DNA of 54,580 nucleotides, from contig JBBIQV010000003.1 in assembly GCA_037442105.1 (NCBI GenBank), forward strand, positions 8,990 through 63,569. The letters run 5' to 3'. Position 1 is the stretch's first letter, and each line of letters opens with the position of its first letter. Shown piece by piece: positions 10,134-20,082 of this stretch. The translations under genes were made by a program, and so were the position numbers. The DNA comes from Nitrospiraceae bacterium. GTDB lineage: Bacteria > Nitrospirota > Nitrospiria > Nitrospirales > Nitrospiraceae. Below the pieces are notes generated by a model. The model was not told the DNA's origin and did no database searches. It was given only the letters and a program-made list of their open reading frames with translations.

Positions 10134-11156
10134 ATGGTATCGAGAGCCCTATTCGTCCTTCTCAGTGCGTTGGCTGGGACGGCCCTCTTTCTTAGAACCG
10201 GAGAGGCCAGTGCGTACCTGGTGTTACTGGGGTTGGCAGTAGGAGCCGCGACGGGAGGGTTCATCGTCGCCGGAGAATATGCGCTGCGTCAGGTGTCATT
10301 CGGCGTCATTGCGGGGGGAACTGCCGGCTTGGCCGTCGGTCTCCTTCTGACCGGACTTATTGAGTGGGTCGGCAGCGCTATCTTCGATGTCGAAACCTTC
10401 CTTTTCCACATCGGCGGTCTCGTCTTTCTGCTGGGCCTCCCGTACCTGGGGCTCGTTCTCGGGGGAAGATTCGGTCGAGAGAGATTCCCCGGACCACCGA
10501 AGTACGCCGAGGTGGCCGGTTCCGCCATCAGTCCCAAGGTGTTGGATACGAGCGTCATCATCGATGGTCGGGTCGCAGATCTGTGCGAGACCGGTTTTCT
10601 GGAAGGCACCTTCATCGTGCCCCACTTCATTCTGAACGAGTTACAGCACATTGCGGATTCGTCGGATTCGCTCAAGCGGGCGAGGGGACGGCGGGGATTG
10701 GATATCCTGCACAAGATCCAGAAAATGGCCGGCATCGATGTGCGGATCGTGGATGAGGACTTCCCGCATATCCGGGAGGTCGACGCCAAGCTTGTGGTCT
10801 TAGCTAAGAAGGTCGGAGCCAAGATCATCACCAATGACCTGAATCTCAATAAGGTGGCGGAACTCCAGGGTGTCCGCGTCCTCAACATCAATGAGTTGTG
10901 CAATGCCCTGCGGCCGGTCGTGTTGCCGGGAGAAATGATTCGCGTGTTTGTCCTGAAGGAAGGGAAGGAAGCGGGGCAAGGGGTCGCTTACTTGGACGAC
11001 GGCACGATGATCGTGGTGGACAACGCCCGGCGCTGCATCGGGCGCAATGTCGATGTGGTCGTGACGAGCGTGCTGCAGACCACGGCGGGGCGCATGATCT
11101 TCACACGGTTGAAGGAAGAAAGCGAGCGGGAGGAGATACAAGTCGCTCGTGGATAG
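10134..11156 (+). CDS. Membrane-anchored PIN + TRAM domain protein (YacL-like)
   Basis: N-terminal hydrophobic segments, PIN-like core (VLDTSVIIDGR ... ITNDLNL), C-terminal TRAM-like beta domain; GAGGAGG RBS. Confidence 0.75.
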   Translation: MVSRALFVLLSALAGTALFLRTGEASAYLVLLGLAVGAATGGFIVAGEYALRQVSFGVIAGGTAGLAVGLLLTGLIEWVGSAIFDVETFLFHIGGLVFLLGLPYLGLVLGGRFGRERFPGPPKYAEVAGSAISPKVLDTSVIIDGRVADLCETGFLEGTFIVPHFILNELQHIADSSDSLKRARGRRGLDILHKIQKMAGIDVRIVDEDFPHIREVDAKLVVLAKKVGAKIITNDLNLNKVAELQGVRVLNINELCNALRPVVLPGEMIRVFVLKEGKEAGQGVAYLDDGTMIVVDNARRCIGRNVDVVVTSVLQTTAGRMIFTRLKEESEREEIQVARG

Positions 11157-11886
11157 GAGTTTGGAAGGGACACCCCGGCTGGTTCCTCGCACCGTGGCGT
11201 TGGTCCCTGCCGCCGGGCGGGGACTTCGGATGGGCGGCGCCGTCCCGAAGCAGTTTTTGGCCCTCGGCGGTCAACCGCTGGTGGTGCATACGCTTCGGGT
11301 ACTGCAGGACTCGAGCGCCGTCCATGAAATCATCCTGGCCGTGCCGGCGGCCGATCGCGAGTACTGTCTTACGCACATCATCACGCCTCACCACTTCACG
11401 AAAGTCACCAAGATCGTCGCCGGCGGAGAGCATCGGCAAGATTCCGTCCGCCACGCGTTGGCGAAGGTCGATCCGGAGACCGACTTCGTCTTGGTCCACG
11501 ATGCGGTTCGCCCGTTTCTTACCGAACGGATGGTGCGGCAGGTGCTTGAACAGGCCACAATGCACGGGGCGGCCATCGTCGCGCTTCCGATGCGGGATAC
11601 GGTTAAGCAGGTCGGCAATGACCGTGTGATTCTACGCACGGTCGATCGAGGTCAACTCTGGCTGGCGCAAACCCCGCAAGCCTTCCGGCGTGATTGGTTG
11701 GATCACGCGCACCGGAAAGCGCTCGGAGAAGGAATCCAGGCGACCGATGACGCCCATCTGGTTGAATTGTTGGGCCATCCGGTGGTTGTGGTAGATGGAA
11801 GCGGCGAAAATATCAAAGTGACGAGGCCGGAGGATCTGGTGATCGCGGAAGCGATCCTGGCGGCACGGCAGCAGCGTGAGGGATAA
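11149..11886 (+). CDS. ispD: 2-C-methyl-D-erythritol 4-phosphate cytidylyltransferase
   Basis: VALVPAAGRGLRMGGAVPKQFL N-terminal motif; overlaps upstream gene by 8 nt and ispF downstream. Confidence 0.9.
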   Translation: MDRSLEGTPRLVPRTVALVPAAGRGLRMGGAVPKQFLALGGQPLVVHTLRVLQDSSAVHEIILAVPAADREYCLTHIITPHHFTKVTKIVAGGEHRQDSVRHALAKVDPETDFVLVHDAVRPFLTERMVRQVLEQATMHGAAIVALPMRDTVKQVGNDRVILRTVDRGQLWLAQTPQAFRRDWLDHAHRKALGEGIQATDDAHLVELLGHPVVVVDGSGENIKVTRPEDLVIAEAILAARQQREG

Positions 11887-11917
11887 GGGGCCTGTCACGT
11901 ATCACGAAGGAGTGAGC

Positions 11918-12391
11918 ATGCGGATCGGCTGTGGCTACGATATTCATCCGCTGGGATCGGGACGAAAGCTCATCTTGGGCGGTATCGAGATTCCCCACAC
12001 GAAGGGGTTGCTCGGACACTCGGATTCCGATGTATTGGTGCATGCTTTGTGCGATGCGTTGTTGGGGGCGATGGGGGAGGGGGATCTCGGGACACACTAT
12101 CCGAGCTCCGATCAGCGGTTCAAGGACATCTCCAGTCTGAAGCTGCTGGAAGATGTGATGGCCAAGTTACAGAAGAAAGGATACCGGCTTGTCAACGTCG
12201 ATACCGTCATCGTGGCCCAGGCTCCCCGGTTAAGCCCGCACCTTGTCGCGATGCAGAAGAACATGGCGGAGGTGTTGCGGGTCGATCCTGACCTGGTGAA
12301 CGTGAAGGTGAAGAGCGGTGAAGGGCTGGATGCCATCGGTCACGAAGAAGCGATTGCGGCGCAGGCCGTGTGTTTGATCGAGACGGCCTAG
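11918..12391 (+). CDS. ispF: 2-C-methyl-D-erythritol 2,4-cyclodiphosphate synthase
   Basis: MRIGCGYDIHPL ... HSDSDVLVHALCDALLGA zinc/substrate motifs; start taken at the MRIG methionine. Confidence 0.9.
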   Translation: MRIGCGYDIHPLGSGRKLILGGIEIPHTKGLLGHSDSDVLVHALCDALLGAMGEGDLGTHYPSSDQRFKDISSLKLLEDVMAKLQKKGYRLVNVDTVIVAQAPRLSPHLVAMQKNMAEVLRVDPDLVNVKVKSGEGLDAIGHEEAIAAQAVCLIETA

Positions 12392-12432
12392 TCGTCGTAT
12401 GATACGGCACCTGACAGCCTGTCCTGGAACAC

Positions 12433-13089
12433 GTGCGGATGTTCAAAGCGATTCGACAAGATCTCCAGGCCGTGTTCGACCGTGACCCTGCCGCCACCAG
12501 CACGCTGGAAGTAGTTCTGACCTACGCGGGGTTTCATGCGTTGCTCGCTTATCGCATTGCCCATTGGCTACGCTCGAAAGGCGTTCCTTTCTTTCCAAGG
12601 GCCATTTCCCAAGCGGCGCGCTGGTTGACGGGGATCGAGATCCATCCGGCTGCCAAGATCGGAACCGGCTTCTTCATCGATCATGGTATGGGTGTGGTCA
12701 TCGGGGAGACGGCCGAGATCGGCGATTACGTCACACTGTTTCAGGGGGTGACGCTCGGAGGCACCGGCAAGGAGCGGGGCAAGAGGCATCCCACGTTGGG
12801 CAATCACGTCGTCGTAGGCGCGGGAGCGAAGATTCTCGGCGGGATCAGGATCGGCGACAACGTGAAGATCGGCGCCAACTCGGTGGTGCTCAAATCGGTA
12901 CCTCCCAACTCGACCGTCATCGGTGTCCCGGCTCGGATGATCAAGACCCAGGGCGAGCGGGTTCCTGATGCCACAATGGATCACATCAATCTTCCCGATC
13001 CCATTGCCGATCGGTTCGCGGCCATCGAGCAAGAACTGATTCAACTTCGCAAGAAGCTCGAAAATCCCGACGATCCCCCGCGCCAGTGA
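12433..13089 (+). CDS. cysE: Serine O-acetyltransferase
   Basis: N-terminal SATase helical domain (DPAATS ... [14 protein letters not shown]) plus hexapeptide-repeat left-handed beta-helix. Confidence 0.85.
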   Translation: MRMFKAIRQDLQAVFDRDPAATSTLEVVLTYAGFHALLAYRIAHWLRSKGVPFFPRAISQAARWLTGIEIHPAAKIGTGFFIDHGMGVVIGETAEIGDYVTLFQGVTLGGTGKERGKRHPTLGNHVVVGAGAKILGGIRIGDNVKIGANSVVLKSVPPNSTVIGVPARMIKTQGERVPDATMDHINLPDPIADRFAAIEQELIQLRKKLENPDDPPRQ

Positions 13090-13152
13090 CCATCCTCTCG
13101 CGCTTTCCCGCTCGTTGACCTCACCCCTCGCCTCCGTTAAGATGCGCCTCCC

Positions 13153-14187
13153 ATGACCACCTATCGCGATGCCGGCGTCGACATCGATGCGGGCGACGAA
13201 TTCGTTGATCGCATCAAGCCACTGGTGCGCTCGACGTTCAGACCGGAAGTGCTGACAGACCTCGGCGGGTTCGGCGGGCTGTTTCGCCTGCAAGCCGACC
13301 GATATGCCGATCCAGTGCTCGTCTCCGGCACGGACGGCGTCGGCACGAAACTCAAGATCGCGTTTCTCATGAATCGCCACGAGACGGTCGGGATCGATCT
13401 TGTGGCGATGTGCGTCAACGATATCGCCGTCAGTGGCGCGGAGCCGCTGTTCTTCCTGGATTATTTTGCGACGGGCAAGCTCGCGATCGGCACGGCCGAA
13501 GCGGTGCTGCGCGGAATTGCCGAGGGCTGCCGTCAGGCCGGTTGTGCGTTGATCGGCGGTGAGACGGCGGAGATGCCGTCGTTCTATGCGGCGGGTGAAT
13601 ACGATCTTGCCGGCTTTGCGGTGGGAGTAGTGGATCGTCCCAAGATCATCGATGGGCGCACGATTGTGCCTGGCGATATGGTGGTGGGGTTGGTGTCCAC
13701 CGGACTGCATAGTAACGGCTATTCGCTGGCCCGACGAGTGTTGCTGGATGATGGCGGGTTGGCGGTCGACCGCCGGCTGCCTGAATTGGATCGTTCATTG
13801 GGCGAGGTCCTGCTCACGCCGACCCGCATCTATGCGAAGCAGATTCTGATGCTTGCTAAAGAGTTTCCCATCAAGGGGATCGCGCATATTACGGGAGGAG
13901 GGATCACGGAGAATCTTCCGCGCGTGTTTCCGGAGGGCTGTGCGGCGAAGATTCGTCGCCGAGCCTGGCCGGTGCCGCCGATTTTTCAAGTGATCCAGAC
14001 CCGCGGCCAGGTGGAGAGAGACGAAATGTATCGTGTCTTCAACATGGGGATCGGCTTGATCCTCATCGTGCCTCGCGCAGCCGCGGACGGGGTGCTCGCT
14101 CGTGCAGCGGAGTTAGGCGATCGTGGCTATCTGATCGGAGAGATTATTCCGGCGCGCGCTGAAAGGGTGGTCGAGTATGTCGACTGA
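13153..14187 (+). CDS. purM: Phosphoribosylformylglycinamidine cyclo-ligase (AIR synthetase)
   Basis: [12 protein letters not shown]-terminus, GGFGGLF, full PurM length (344 aa). Confidence 0.95.
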   Translation: MTTYRDAGVDIDAGDEFVDRIKPLVRSTFRPEVLTDLGGFGGLFRLQADRYADPVLVSGTDGVGTKLKIAFLMNRHETVGIDLVAMCVNDIAVSGAEPLFFLDYFATGKLAIGTAEAVLRGIAEGCRQAGCALIGGETAEMPSFYAAGEYDLAGFAVGVVDRPKIIDGRTIVPGDMVVGLVSTGLHSNGYSLARRVLLDDGGLAVDRRLPELDRSLGEVLLTPTRIYAKQILMLAKEFPIKGIAHITGGGITENLPRVFPEGCAAKIRRRAWPVPPIFQVIQTRGQVERDEMYRVFNMGIGLILIVPRAAADGVLARAAELGDRGYLIGEIIPARAERVVEYVD

Positions 14188-14854
14188 TCGCAAGTCGCCG
14201 CTGAGGTTGGGCGTGCTCGCATCGGGACGGGGATCCAACCTCCAGGCGATCATCGACGCCATCGAGGCTGGTGCGCTACACGCTACGATGGCGGTGGTGC
14301 TCAGCAATAAGAAGGATGCGCAAGCCTTAGAGCGGGCTCGGAAGCATGGTGCCCCGGATGTGTTTCTCGACCCGAAGCCGTTTGCGGGTCGGACAGACAG
14401 CCGGGAAGCCTACGACCAAGCGATCCTGGAAGTGCTGCGGCAATATGATGTGGAGTTGGTGCTGTTGGCGGGGTACATGAAAATCGTCACGCCTGTTCTG
14501 GTGAAGGCGTATGAGAAACGGATGATGAACATCCATCCGGCGCTCCTGCCGTCGTTTCCGGGGCTTGATGTTCAGAAGAAGGCCTTGGAATGGGGGGTCA
14601 AGATTGCCGGGTGTACGGTGCACTTTGTGACGGAGGGGGTCGACGAGGGGCCGATCATCATCCAGGCGGCCGTTCCGATCTTGGACGGGGATACGCCGGA
14701 AACCCTGGCGGAGCGGATTCTCAAGGAGGAACACAAGATCTATCCTAAGGCGGTGCAGCTCTTTGCCGAGGGGCGGCTCAAGGTCGAAGGGCGGCGCGTG
14801 ATCGTCGCAGGCGCCGCAAGCAGCTCGCCTGGCGTACTGATGAATCCGGCTTGA
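14177..14854 (+). CDS. purN: Phosphoribosylglycinamide formyltransferase
   Basis: [13 protein letters not shown] and [10 protein letters not shown] motifs; overlaps purM by 11 nt. Confidence 0.9.
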   Translation: MSTDRKSPLRLGVLASGRGSNLQAIIDAIEAGALHATMAVVLSNKKDAQALERARKHGAPDVFLDPKPFAGRTDSREAYDQAILEVLRQYDVELVLLAGYMKIVTPVLVKAYEKRMMNIHPALLPSFPGLDVQKKALEWGVKIAGCTVHFVTEGVDEGPIIIQAAVPILDGDTPETLAERILKEEHKIYPKAVQLFAEGRLKVEGRRVIVAGAASSSPGVLMNPA

Positions 14855-14865
14855 GGAGTTGAGGG

Positions 14866-15129
14866 ATGGTCAATCGCGAAGAGATTCAAGAAGAGCAACT
14901 CCGCATGACACGAGTACGCCGGATCGTGGATGTCACTGCCTATTGGCTCGCGCACGAGTTGTTCAGCCGCGAGGAGGCCTTGTCTATCATCGAGCATGCC
15001 CGCGGTGAAATCCTCAAGCTGTGTCCCGACAAGGAGGATGTGTTTGAGTTAGTGTTGCGTCCGCGATTTCTTCGCCTGTTTCGCGAGCGGGTGCTGACCG
15101 AGTGGGGAGTGGCCGATTCGTCGAACTAA
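14866..15129 (+). CDS. Hypothetical small protein (87 aa)
   Basis: ORF with GAGGAG-like RBS; no recognisable motif. Confidence 0.35.
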   Translation: MVNREEIQEEQLRMTRVRRIVDVTAYWLAHELFSREEALSIIEHARGEILKLCPDKEDVFELVLRPRFLRLFRERVLTEWGVADSSN

Positions 15130-15290
15130 CTTCCGGTAGAGTCGGTGCCGCTGGTCGTGTATAATGCGCCAAGAAGTCAGGCGGCGCGAGCGCCGATCTT
15201 CCTCCCCGTCTCCTCCGCAGCTTGCGGCTATCGGCAATTCCGCCATAGCATATCCTGCGGTCCAAAAAGGTTCGCGCTCGTGTCTTTGTG

Positions 15291-15365
15291 AGCTGACAGC
15301 GAATAGCTAGTAGCTAACAGCTCAGACTCCGGCTATTCGCTACTTGCTGTTCGCTCTTTGCTCAC
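15291..15365. repeat. ~75-bp imperfect palindromic element immediately upstream of tRNA-Ala; related copy at 23248-23300
   Basis: Perfect 10-bp inverted repeat AGCGAATAGC/GCTATTCGCT nested inside outer arms TGTGAGC/GCTCACA. Shares AGCGAA / AGTAGCTCAGA / TATTCGCT words with the 23.25 kb copy. Confidence 0.4.
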
Positions 15366-15373
15366 AGCACGGT

Positions 15374-15449
15374 GGGGGGCTAGCTCAGTTGGGAGAGCAC
15401 TACGTTCGCAACGTAGGGGTCGGGGGTTCAAATCCCCTGCCCTCCACCA
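15374..15449 (+). tRNA. tRNA-Ala (anticodon CGC), CCA encoded
   Basis: 76-nt cloverleaf read by hand: acceptor GGGGGGC/GCCCTCC with the G3:U70 alanine identity pair, anticodon loop TTCGCAA, T-loop TTCAAAT. Confidence 0.9.
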
Positions 15450-15450
15450 C

Positions 15451-15789
15451 TCACCCGTTATCCTTCCGATACACGACGTCTACCCGATTGAGATAGTCCT
15501 CGAGCGCGTGTGTCTTCTGCTTGAGGGTAGGGATGTCGTGTCGAACCGCTGCATGCTCGATTGCCGCGCCGATCTCGCTGATGGCATCGAACCCGTATCC
15601 TCCGCCGTCTCCTTTGAGGCGATGGCCTAGCATCCGAACGGTCTCGAAGTCCCCGCACGGGATTGCGGTCTGCATGACGACGATATCTTTCCGCCGGTTC
15701 TCCAAAAAGCCGGGAACAATGTCCGCTAAGTCCGGGTCGATGTGCACGATGAGTTTCTCGCCGGGGGCGGGGTTCGTTGGCTGGGTCAT
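15451..15789 (-). CDS. Hpt (histidine phosphotransfer) domain protein
   Basis: HRLKGDGGGYGF phospho-His motif typical of Hpt four-helix bundles. Start ATG overlaps stop of the upstream hybrid kinase (ATGA). Confidence 0.75.
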   Translation of the reverse strand: MTQPTNPAPGEKLIVHIDPDLADIVPGFLENRRKDIVVMQTAIPCGDFETVRMLGHRLKGDGGGYGFDAISEIGAAIEHAAVRHDIPTLKQKTHALEDYLNRVDVVYRKDNG

Positions 15790-18164
15790 CGCCGTCGTTT
15801 TCCTTTCACGGTGCTAAGCACTTTCAAGAGGATTGCCTTCTTGATCGGCTTGGTCACATGAGCGTTACAGCCGGCTTCGAAGATCCTACCCGCTTCCTCC
15901 TTGATGGCCATCGCGGTCAGCGCCACGATCGTGGTCGGGGTCATCTCGTGTTTGCGCTCCCAGGCACGGATGGCTTTCGTGGCGCTGCAGCCGTCCAGTA
16001 CCGGCATCTGCATGTCCATCAGAATGACGTCATACCGTCCGGATTTGACTTTGTCCACGGCGATTTGGCCATTGTCGGCGACATCGAGGTGGTGGGGTGT
16101 CTGTTTGAGGTATGACTGGATGAGCAACTGATTATCGGGTGAATCTTCGACCAGCAAAATGTTCAGCGGCTCGGCCGGGGTGTCGAGGGACTGGGGGGGA
16201 GACTGGGTGTCAGGGAACTGGTTCCCTTTCGTCCGGCTGAGGGCGATCATGATCGTCTGCAGCAACTCCGAAGGACGGATGGGTTTGACGAGGTACCCGC
16301 CGAGCTGCAAATCGTATGTGCGCGCGATGTCATCGGCCCATCGGTCGGAGGTCAGCATGATGATCGTGAGGCCGTTCAGGTTGGGCCGCTGTTTGATTTC
16401 CTGCGCCACGTCGAACCCGTCCAGGCCCGGCATGCGACAATCGAGGAGCAACAACTGGTACGGCGTACCGGCTTCAGCCGCGCGCTGCAACTCGGCAAGG
16501 GCTTGCGGTCCGTTCGCGGCCTCCGTCACAACAGCGCCCCAGGCGGTCATGGTTTCGCGCAAGATGAGAAGATTGGCGGGATAATCGTCGACGACCAGCG
16601 TGGCCATCCCGGCCACATCGAACAGCATTGGGGTGGTTACAGGAGGGGGGTACGGTTGCACAGAGAAACGCGCTGTGCAATGAAACGTACTCCCCTGGCC
16701 GACTACACTCTCAGCCCAGATACGTCCGCCCATGAGGCGTGAGAGATGCTGGGAGATCGACAGGCCCAGACCGGTTCCCCCATATTTGCGGGCGATCGAC
16801 GAATGGGCTTGCGTGAAACTGTCGAAAATGGCCTCGAGCCGATCCGCCGGGATGCCGATCCCGGTATCGGTTACCGAGAAACGGATGGCACCTGGTTGGC
16901 GAACGTCGGGGTCGTTGGTGACCTCCATCAGAACCGAGCCCTTCTCGGTGAACTTGATCGCGTTACCGATCAGATTGACCAGGATCTGGTGAAGTCGATT
17001 CGGGTCGCCGATCAGGTGGCAGGGCACATCGGGCGAGACATGACAGGCCAGTTCGAGGCGTTTCTCGTTCGCGCGCATCGCAAGAATTTCGAGGACCCTG
17101 TCGAGGACCTCGCTGAGGTCAAAGTCGATGGCTTCAAGATCCAAGTGACCGGTCTCGATTTTGGAAAGATCGAGGATATCGTTGAGGAGGCTCATGAGGT
17201 TGCCGCCCGCGCGGCGGAACACACGGACGTACTTCCGTTGCTCGTGCGTGAGCTGGGTTTCCCATAGAAGATCCGCCATGCCGATGATGGCATTCATGGG
17301 AGTCCGAATCTCGTGGCTCATACTGGCCAGGAATTCGCTCTTGGCCCGGCTCGCGACTTCCGCCGTCTCCTTCGCATCGCGCCACGCTTTCTCTGCGTCG
17401 CGCCGTTCAGCCGCTTCCAACGCCAGCGTAGCCAGGGTGGCCAGGGAACTGGCGAAATTCTCCTCGTCGACGGTCCAATGGCGAGGGCTTCCGACATGTT
17501 CGTTGCAGAGCACGCCGACGACCCGCCCCTTGTGGCGGATTGGGGCATCGAGCATGGCGCCGATTCCCAAGGGCTTCAGATAGGCGGTTGACAATTCGCG
17601 GGTCCGCTCGTCCAGATACGCATCATGAGCGGCGATGGCTCGCTCTTCTTGTTCGAGGGCGGTGAAGTATCCGGGGAATTGCTGCGCGGCCAGCAGCGTG
17701 CCGTCTGTATGACGATCTTCGGCTAATTCGTAGAGATCGGACAGGCGGATTATCGAGCATTCCTCGCGGTAGAGCCAGATGCTCGACCGTTGAACTCCCA
17801 GGGTATGGCCGCCGGCCTCCGTGATCGCGCGAAAGGCCTGTCGCAGGTCGCCGTTGCAGAGCGCCTCACTCTTGGCTAATTCCAGAATAGTATTCTGGTA
17901 TTGTCGCAGCATCCAGGTGCGGCGGTTCTGTTCAGCGCGATGCTCGTCCACCTTGCGAGGTCGGGCCGCTGCGGTTTGGTCGAATCCATTCGTTCGAGGC
18001 TCACGCCGGTTCAGCTCGGCGGTCGCTTTGTCCAAGGCCGACGCGATCCGGCGCTTAGCCGCCTGTTCGCGGCGTAGCGCGGCCCGCAGCCGTTCTGCGA
18101 TCGTCGTCGGAGGTTTCCGTTTGACGCTGCGTCCGGCTCGAACGGATGTGGATTTTCTGGACAT
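15786..18164 (-). CDS. Hybrid sensor histidine kinase: GAF - HisKA - HATPase_c - REC - REC
   Basis: GAF-like segment, H-box SMSHEIRTPMNAIIGMADLL, N/G boxes (LIGNAIKFTEKG, GTGLGLSIS), two receiver domains (LLLLDCRMPGLDG; VILMDMQMPVLDG). 792 aa. Confidence 0.9.
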   Translation of the reverse strand: MSRKSTSVRAGRSVKRKPPTTIAERLRAALRREQAAKRRIASALDKATAELNRREPRTNGFDQTAAARPRKVDEHRAEQNRRTWMLRQYQNTILELAKSEALCNGDLRQAFRAITEAGGHTLGVQRSSIWLYREECSIIRLSDLYELAEDRHTDGTLLAAQQFPGYFTALEQEERAIAAHDAYLDERTRELSTAYLKPLGIGAMLDAPIRHKGRVVGVLCNEHVGSPRHWTVDEENFASSLATLATLALEAAERRDAEKAWRDAKETAEVASRAKSEFLASMSHEIRTPMNAIIGMADLLWETQLTHEQRKYVRVFRRAGGNLMSLLNDILDLSKIETGHLDLEAIDFDLSEVLDRVLEILAMRANEKRLELACHVSPDVPCHLIGDPNRLHQILVNLIGNAIKFTEKGSVLMEVTNDPDVRQPGAIRFSVTDTGIGIPADRLEAIFDSFTQAHSSIARKYGGTGLGLSISQHLSRLMGGRIWAESVVGQGSTFHCTARFSVQPYPPPVTTPMLFDVAGMATLVVDDYPANLLILRETMTAWGAVVTEAANGPQALAELQRAAEAGTPYQLLLLDCRMPGLDGFDVAQEIKQRPNLNGLTIIMLTSDRWADDIARTYDLQLGGYLVKPIRPSELLQTIMIALSRTKGNQFPDTQSPPQSLDTPAEPLNILLVEDSPDNQLLIQSYLKQTPHHLDVADNGQIAVDKVKSGRYDVILMDMQMPVLDGCSATKAIRAWERKHEMTPTTIVALTAMAIKEEAGRIFEAGCNAHVTKPIKKAILLKVLSTVKGKRRR

Positions 18165-18329
18165 CGTGAACGACTCCCGTAATCACACAGTTCGACCCGC
18201 CCGTGGGGAAGGACGCAAGGGAGAAGAAACGCGGTTCGGAGAGGACAGCGCGATCAACGTTTCGTCGATCATCGTCGGAATGCCTTGGCGAGGCCCTCGC
18301 ATGGGTATATCGACGAGGGGGGAGCGGAG

Positions 18330-19340
18330 TCAGTCCTCGTGTAGGTTTTGGACCAACGTGAGGAAACTAGCCTGCTTGATACGGTTTCGCCCGTCCTGCT
18401 TAGCTTGATAGAGAGCTTGGTCCGCCGCCTTGATCAAGTCCGTCGGCAAAGCGGAGCGGTTTGGAACCGTACTGGCATACCCCAGACTGATGGTGACCGG
18501 CTCGCCGTTGGCGTGGGTAATCCCCAACACTTCGATTTTGTGGCGCAACGTTTCAGCTACCTGGGCTGCCCCGTCCACGCCGGTTCCAGGCAGCACGATC
18601 ACGAACTCGTCGCCGCCGTACCGGGCGACGAGGTCTCCGGGACGATTGACCGTTCCGGAAATCGCACCGGCTACCTGCCTGAGACACTCGTCTCCTGCCT
18701 GGTGCCCATGGTTGTCGTTGTAGGATTTGAAACGGTCGATGTCCAACATAATCAGGGACAGAGGGGCGGACTCGCGGACGCCGCGTCGCCATTCCTGATC
18801 CAAGAAGTCATCAAACTGGCGCCGGTTGGTGATGCCGGTGAGGCCGTCCAGACTTGAGAGCCGCAGCAGCATCTGATTGGCTTCCTGGAGCTGTCGCATG
18901 ACTTCCAGCAGCTCCTGCTCGCGGGCCCGCCGGCGATCGATTTCGTGGACGAGGCGCAGCACGGAGCGGACACGGGTGAGCAGCTCAATCTTGTTGATCG
19001 GTTTGCCGATATAGTCCATCGCGCCGGCTGCGAAGGCGAGCTGCAGGTCAACGGGGTCCGTTTTGATAGTGACCATGATGATGGGTGTGTCGCGAAACCG
19101 GTCGACGGCTTTGATCTGCCGGCAGGCTTCAATGCCGCTCATGGACGGCATCATGATATCCATGAGAATCAGATCGACCCGGGCCGCGCATTGTCGTACG
19201 CCGTCGATGCCCAGATGCCGGAACGCGGCGGACGCTGATTCCGCGACAAGGATGTCGTCGTACCCGGCGGACGACAGAATCGATTGCAGCAGTATGCGGT
19301 CGTCCGCCGAATCGTCTACGATCAGAATGCCCATGAGCAC
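18330..19340 (-). CDS. Response regulator with GGDEF diguanylate cyclase domain (PleD/WspR-like)
   Basis: REC domain (ILIVDD ... LILMDIMMP) followed by a GGDEF domain with intact RYGGDEF active site and RxxD-like region. Confidence 0.9.
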   Translation of the reverse strand: MLMGILIVDDSADDRILLQSILSSAGYDDILVAESASAAFRHLGIDGVRQCAARVDLILMDIMMPSMSGIEACRQIKAVDRFRDTPIIMVTIKTDPVDLQLAFAAGAMDYIGKPINKIELLTRVRSVLRLVHEIDRRRAREQELLEVMRQLQEANQMLLRLSSLDGLTGITNRRQFDDFLDQEWRRGVRESAPLSLIMLDIDRFKSYNDNHGHQAGDECLRQVAGAISGTVNRPGDLVARYGGDEFVIVLPGTGVDGAAQVAETLRHKIEVLGITHANGEPVTISLGYASTVPNRSALPTDLIKAADQALYQAKQDGRNRIKQASFLTLVQNLHED

Positions 19341-19396
19341 TCCCTATTTAGGTGCAGAACGTGTCTCCGTCTCGAAGTCTGCCGAAATGCTAGCAA

Positions 19397-20038
19397 TTAG
19401 TCCTTGTAAACACCAGGATAAAGCTTTTTTATGCATGGCGCGCAGAGCCCATGGCTGAACTCAGCCTCCGAATGCTCCTGGATGTATTCCTCCAATTGTT
19501 GCCAGAACCCGTGGTCGTTTCGGATTTTTTTGCAGGACGAGCAAATGGGGACGAGGCCTCGCAATACCTTGACCTCACGGAGAGCCTTCTGCAGCTCCTC
19601 ATTGCTCCTCCGAAGTTCCATCTCGCGCGCCTTCCGGCAATCCATCTCCCGCTTCAACGTCAAAGCAGAAGACACCCGCGCCAGCAGCTCGATGCTGTTC
19701 ACCGGTTTATTGATGTAATCGATCGCTCCCGCGGCAAAGGCCTCCTGGAGATTCGAGAGGTCGTTCTTAGCGGTGACGATAATGATGGGGATATCGTGTA
19801 GATGTGCAGTCGATTTGATCTGCCGGCATGCTGAAACGCCGTCGATTTCCGGCATCAGGAGATCCATGAGGATCAGCGCCACCCCGGCTTCCTGTTGAGG
19901 TGGATGGTCCAACCCAAGCCGATCGTAGGCCGCGCGTGCCGAGTCCGCGCAGGTCACATCCTTATGCCCGGCACGTTTCAGGATTGACTGGAGAAGCAAC
20001 TGCTGGTCCGGCGAATCGTCTACGATCAGGATGCTCAT
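19397..20038 (-). CDS. Response regulator: REC domain + C-terminal Cys4 (CxxC...CxxC) putative zinc-ribbon domain
   Basis: REC domain (ILIVDDSPD ... LILMDLLMPEIDG ... IIIVTA), coiled linker, then VPICSSCKKIRNDHGFWQQLEEYIQEHSEAEFSHGLCAPC. Confidence 0.8.
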   Translation of the reverse strand: MSILIVDDSPDQQLLLQSILKRAGHKDVTCADSARAAYDRLGLDHPPQQEAGVALILMDLLMPEIDGVSACRQIKSTAHLHDIPIIIVTAKNDLSNLQEAFAAGAIDYINKPVNSIELLARVSSALTLKREMDCRKAREMELRRSNEELQKALREVKVLRGLVPICSSCKKIRNDHGFWQQLEEYIQEHSEAEFSHGLCAPCIKKLYPGVYKD

Positions 20039-20082
20039 TGTTGGCTCATGCTCGTTTCTAAGTATAGCAGGGGAGACGGATG

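Noticed and set aside
12568-13710. 380-aa minus-strand ORF
   Set aside because: Antisense to cysE and purM, which both have unambiguous signatures; the product is compositionally biased and has no recognisable domain.
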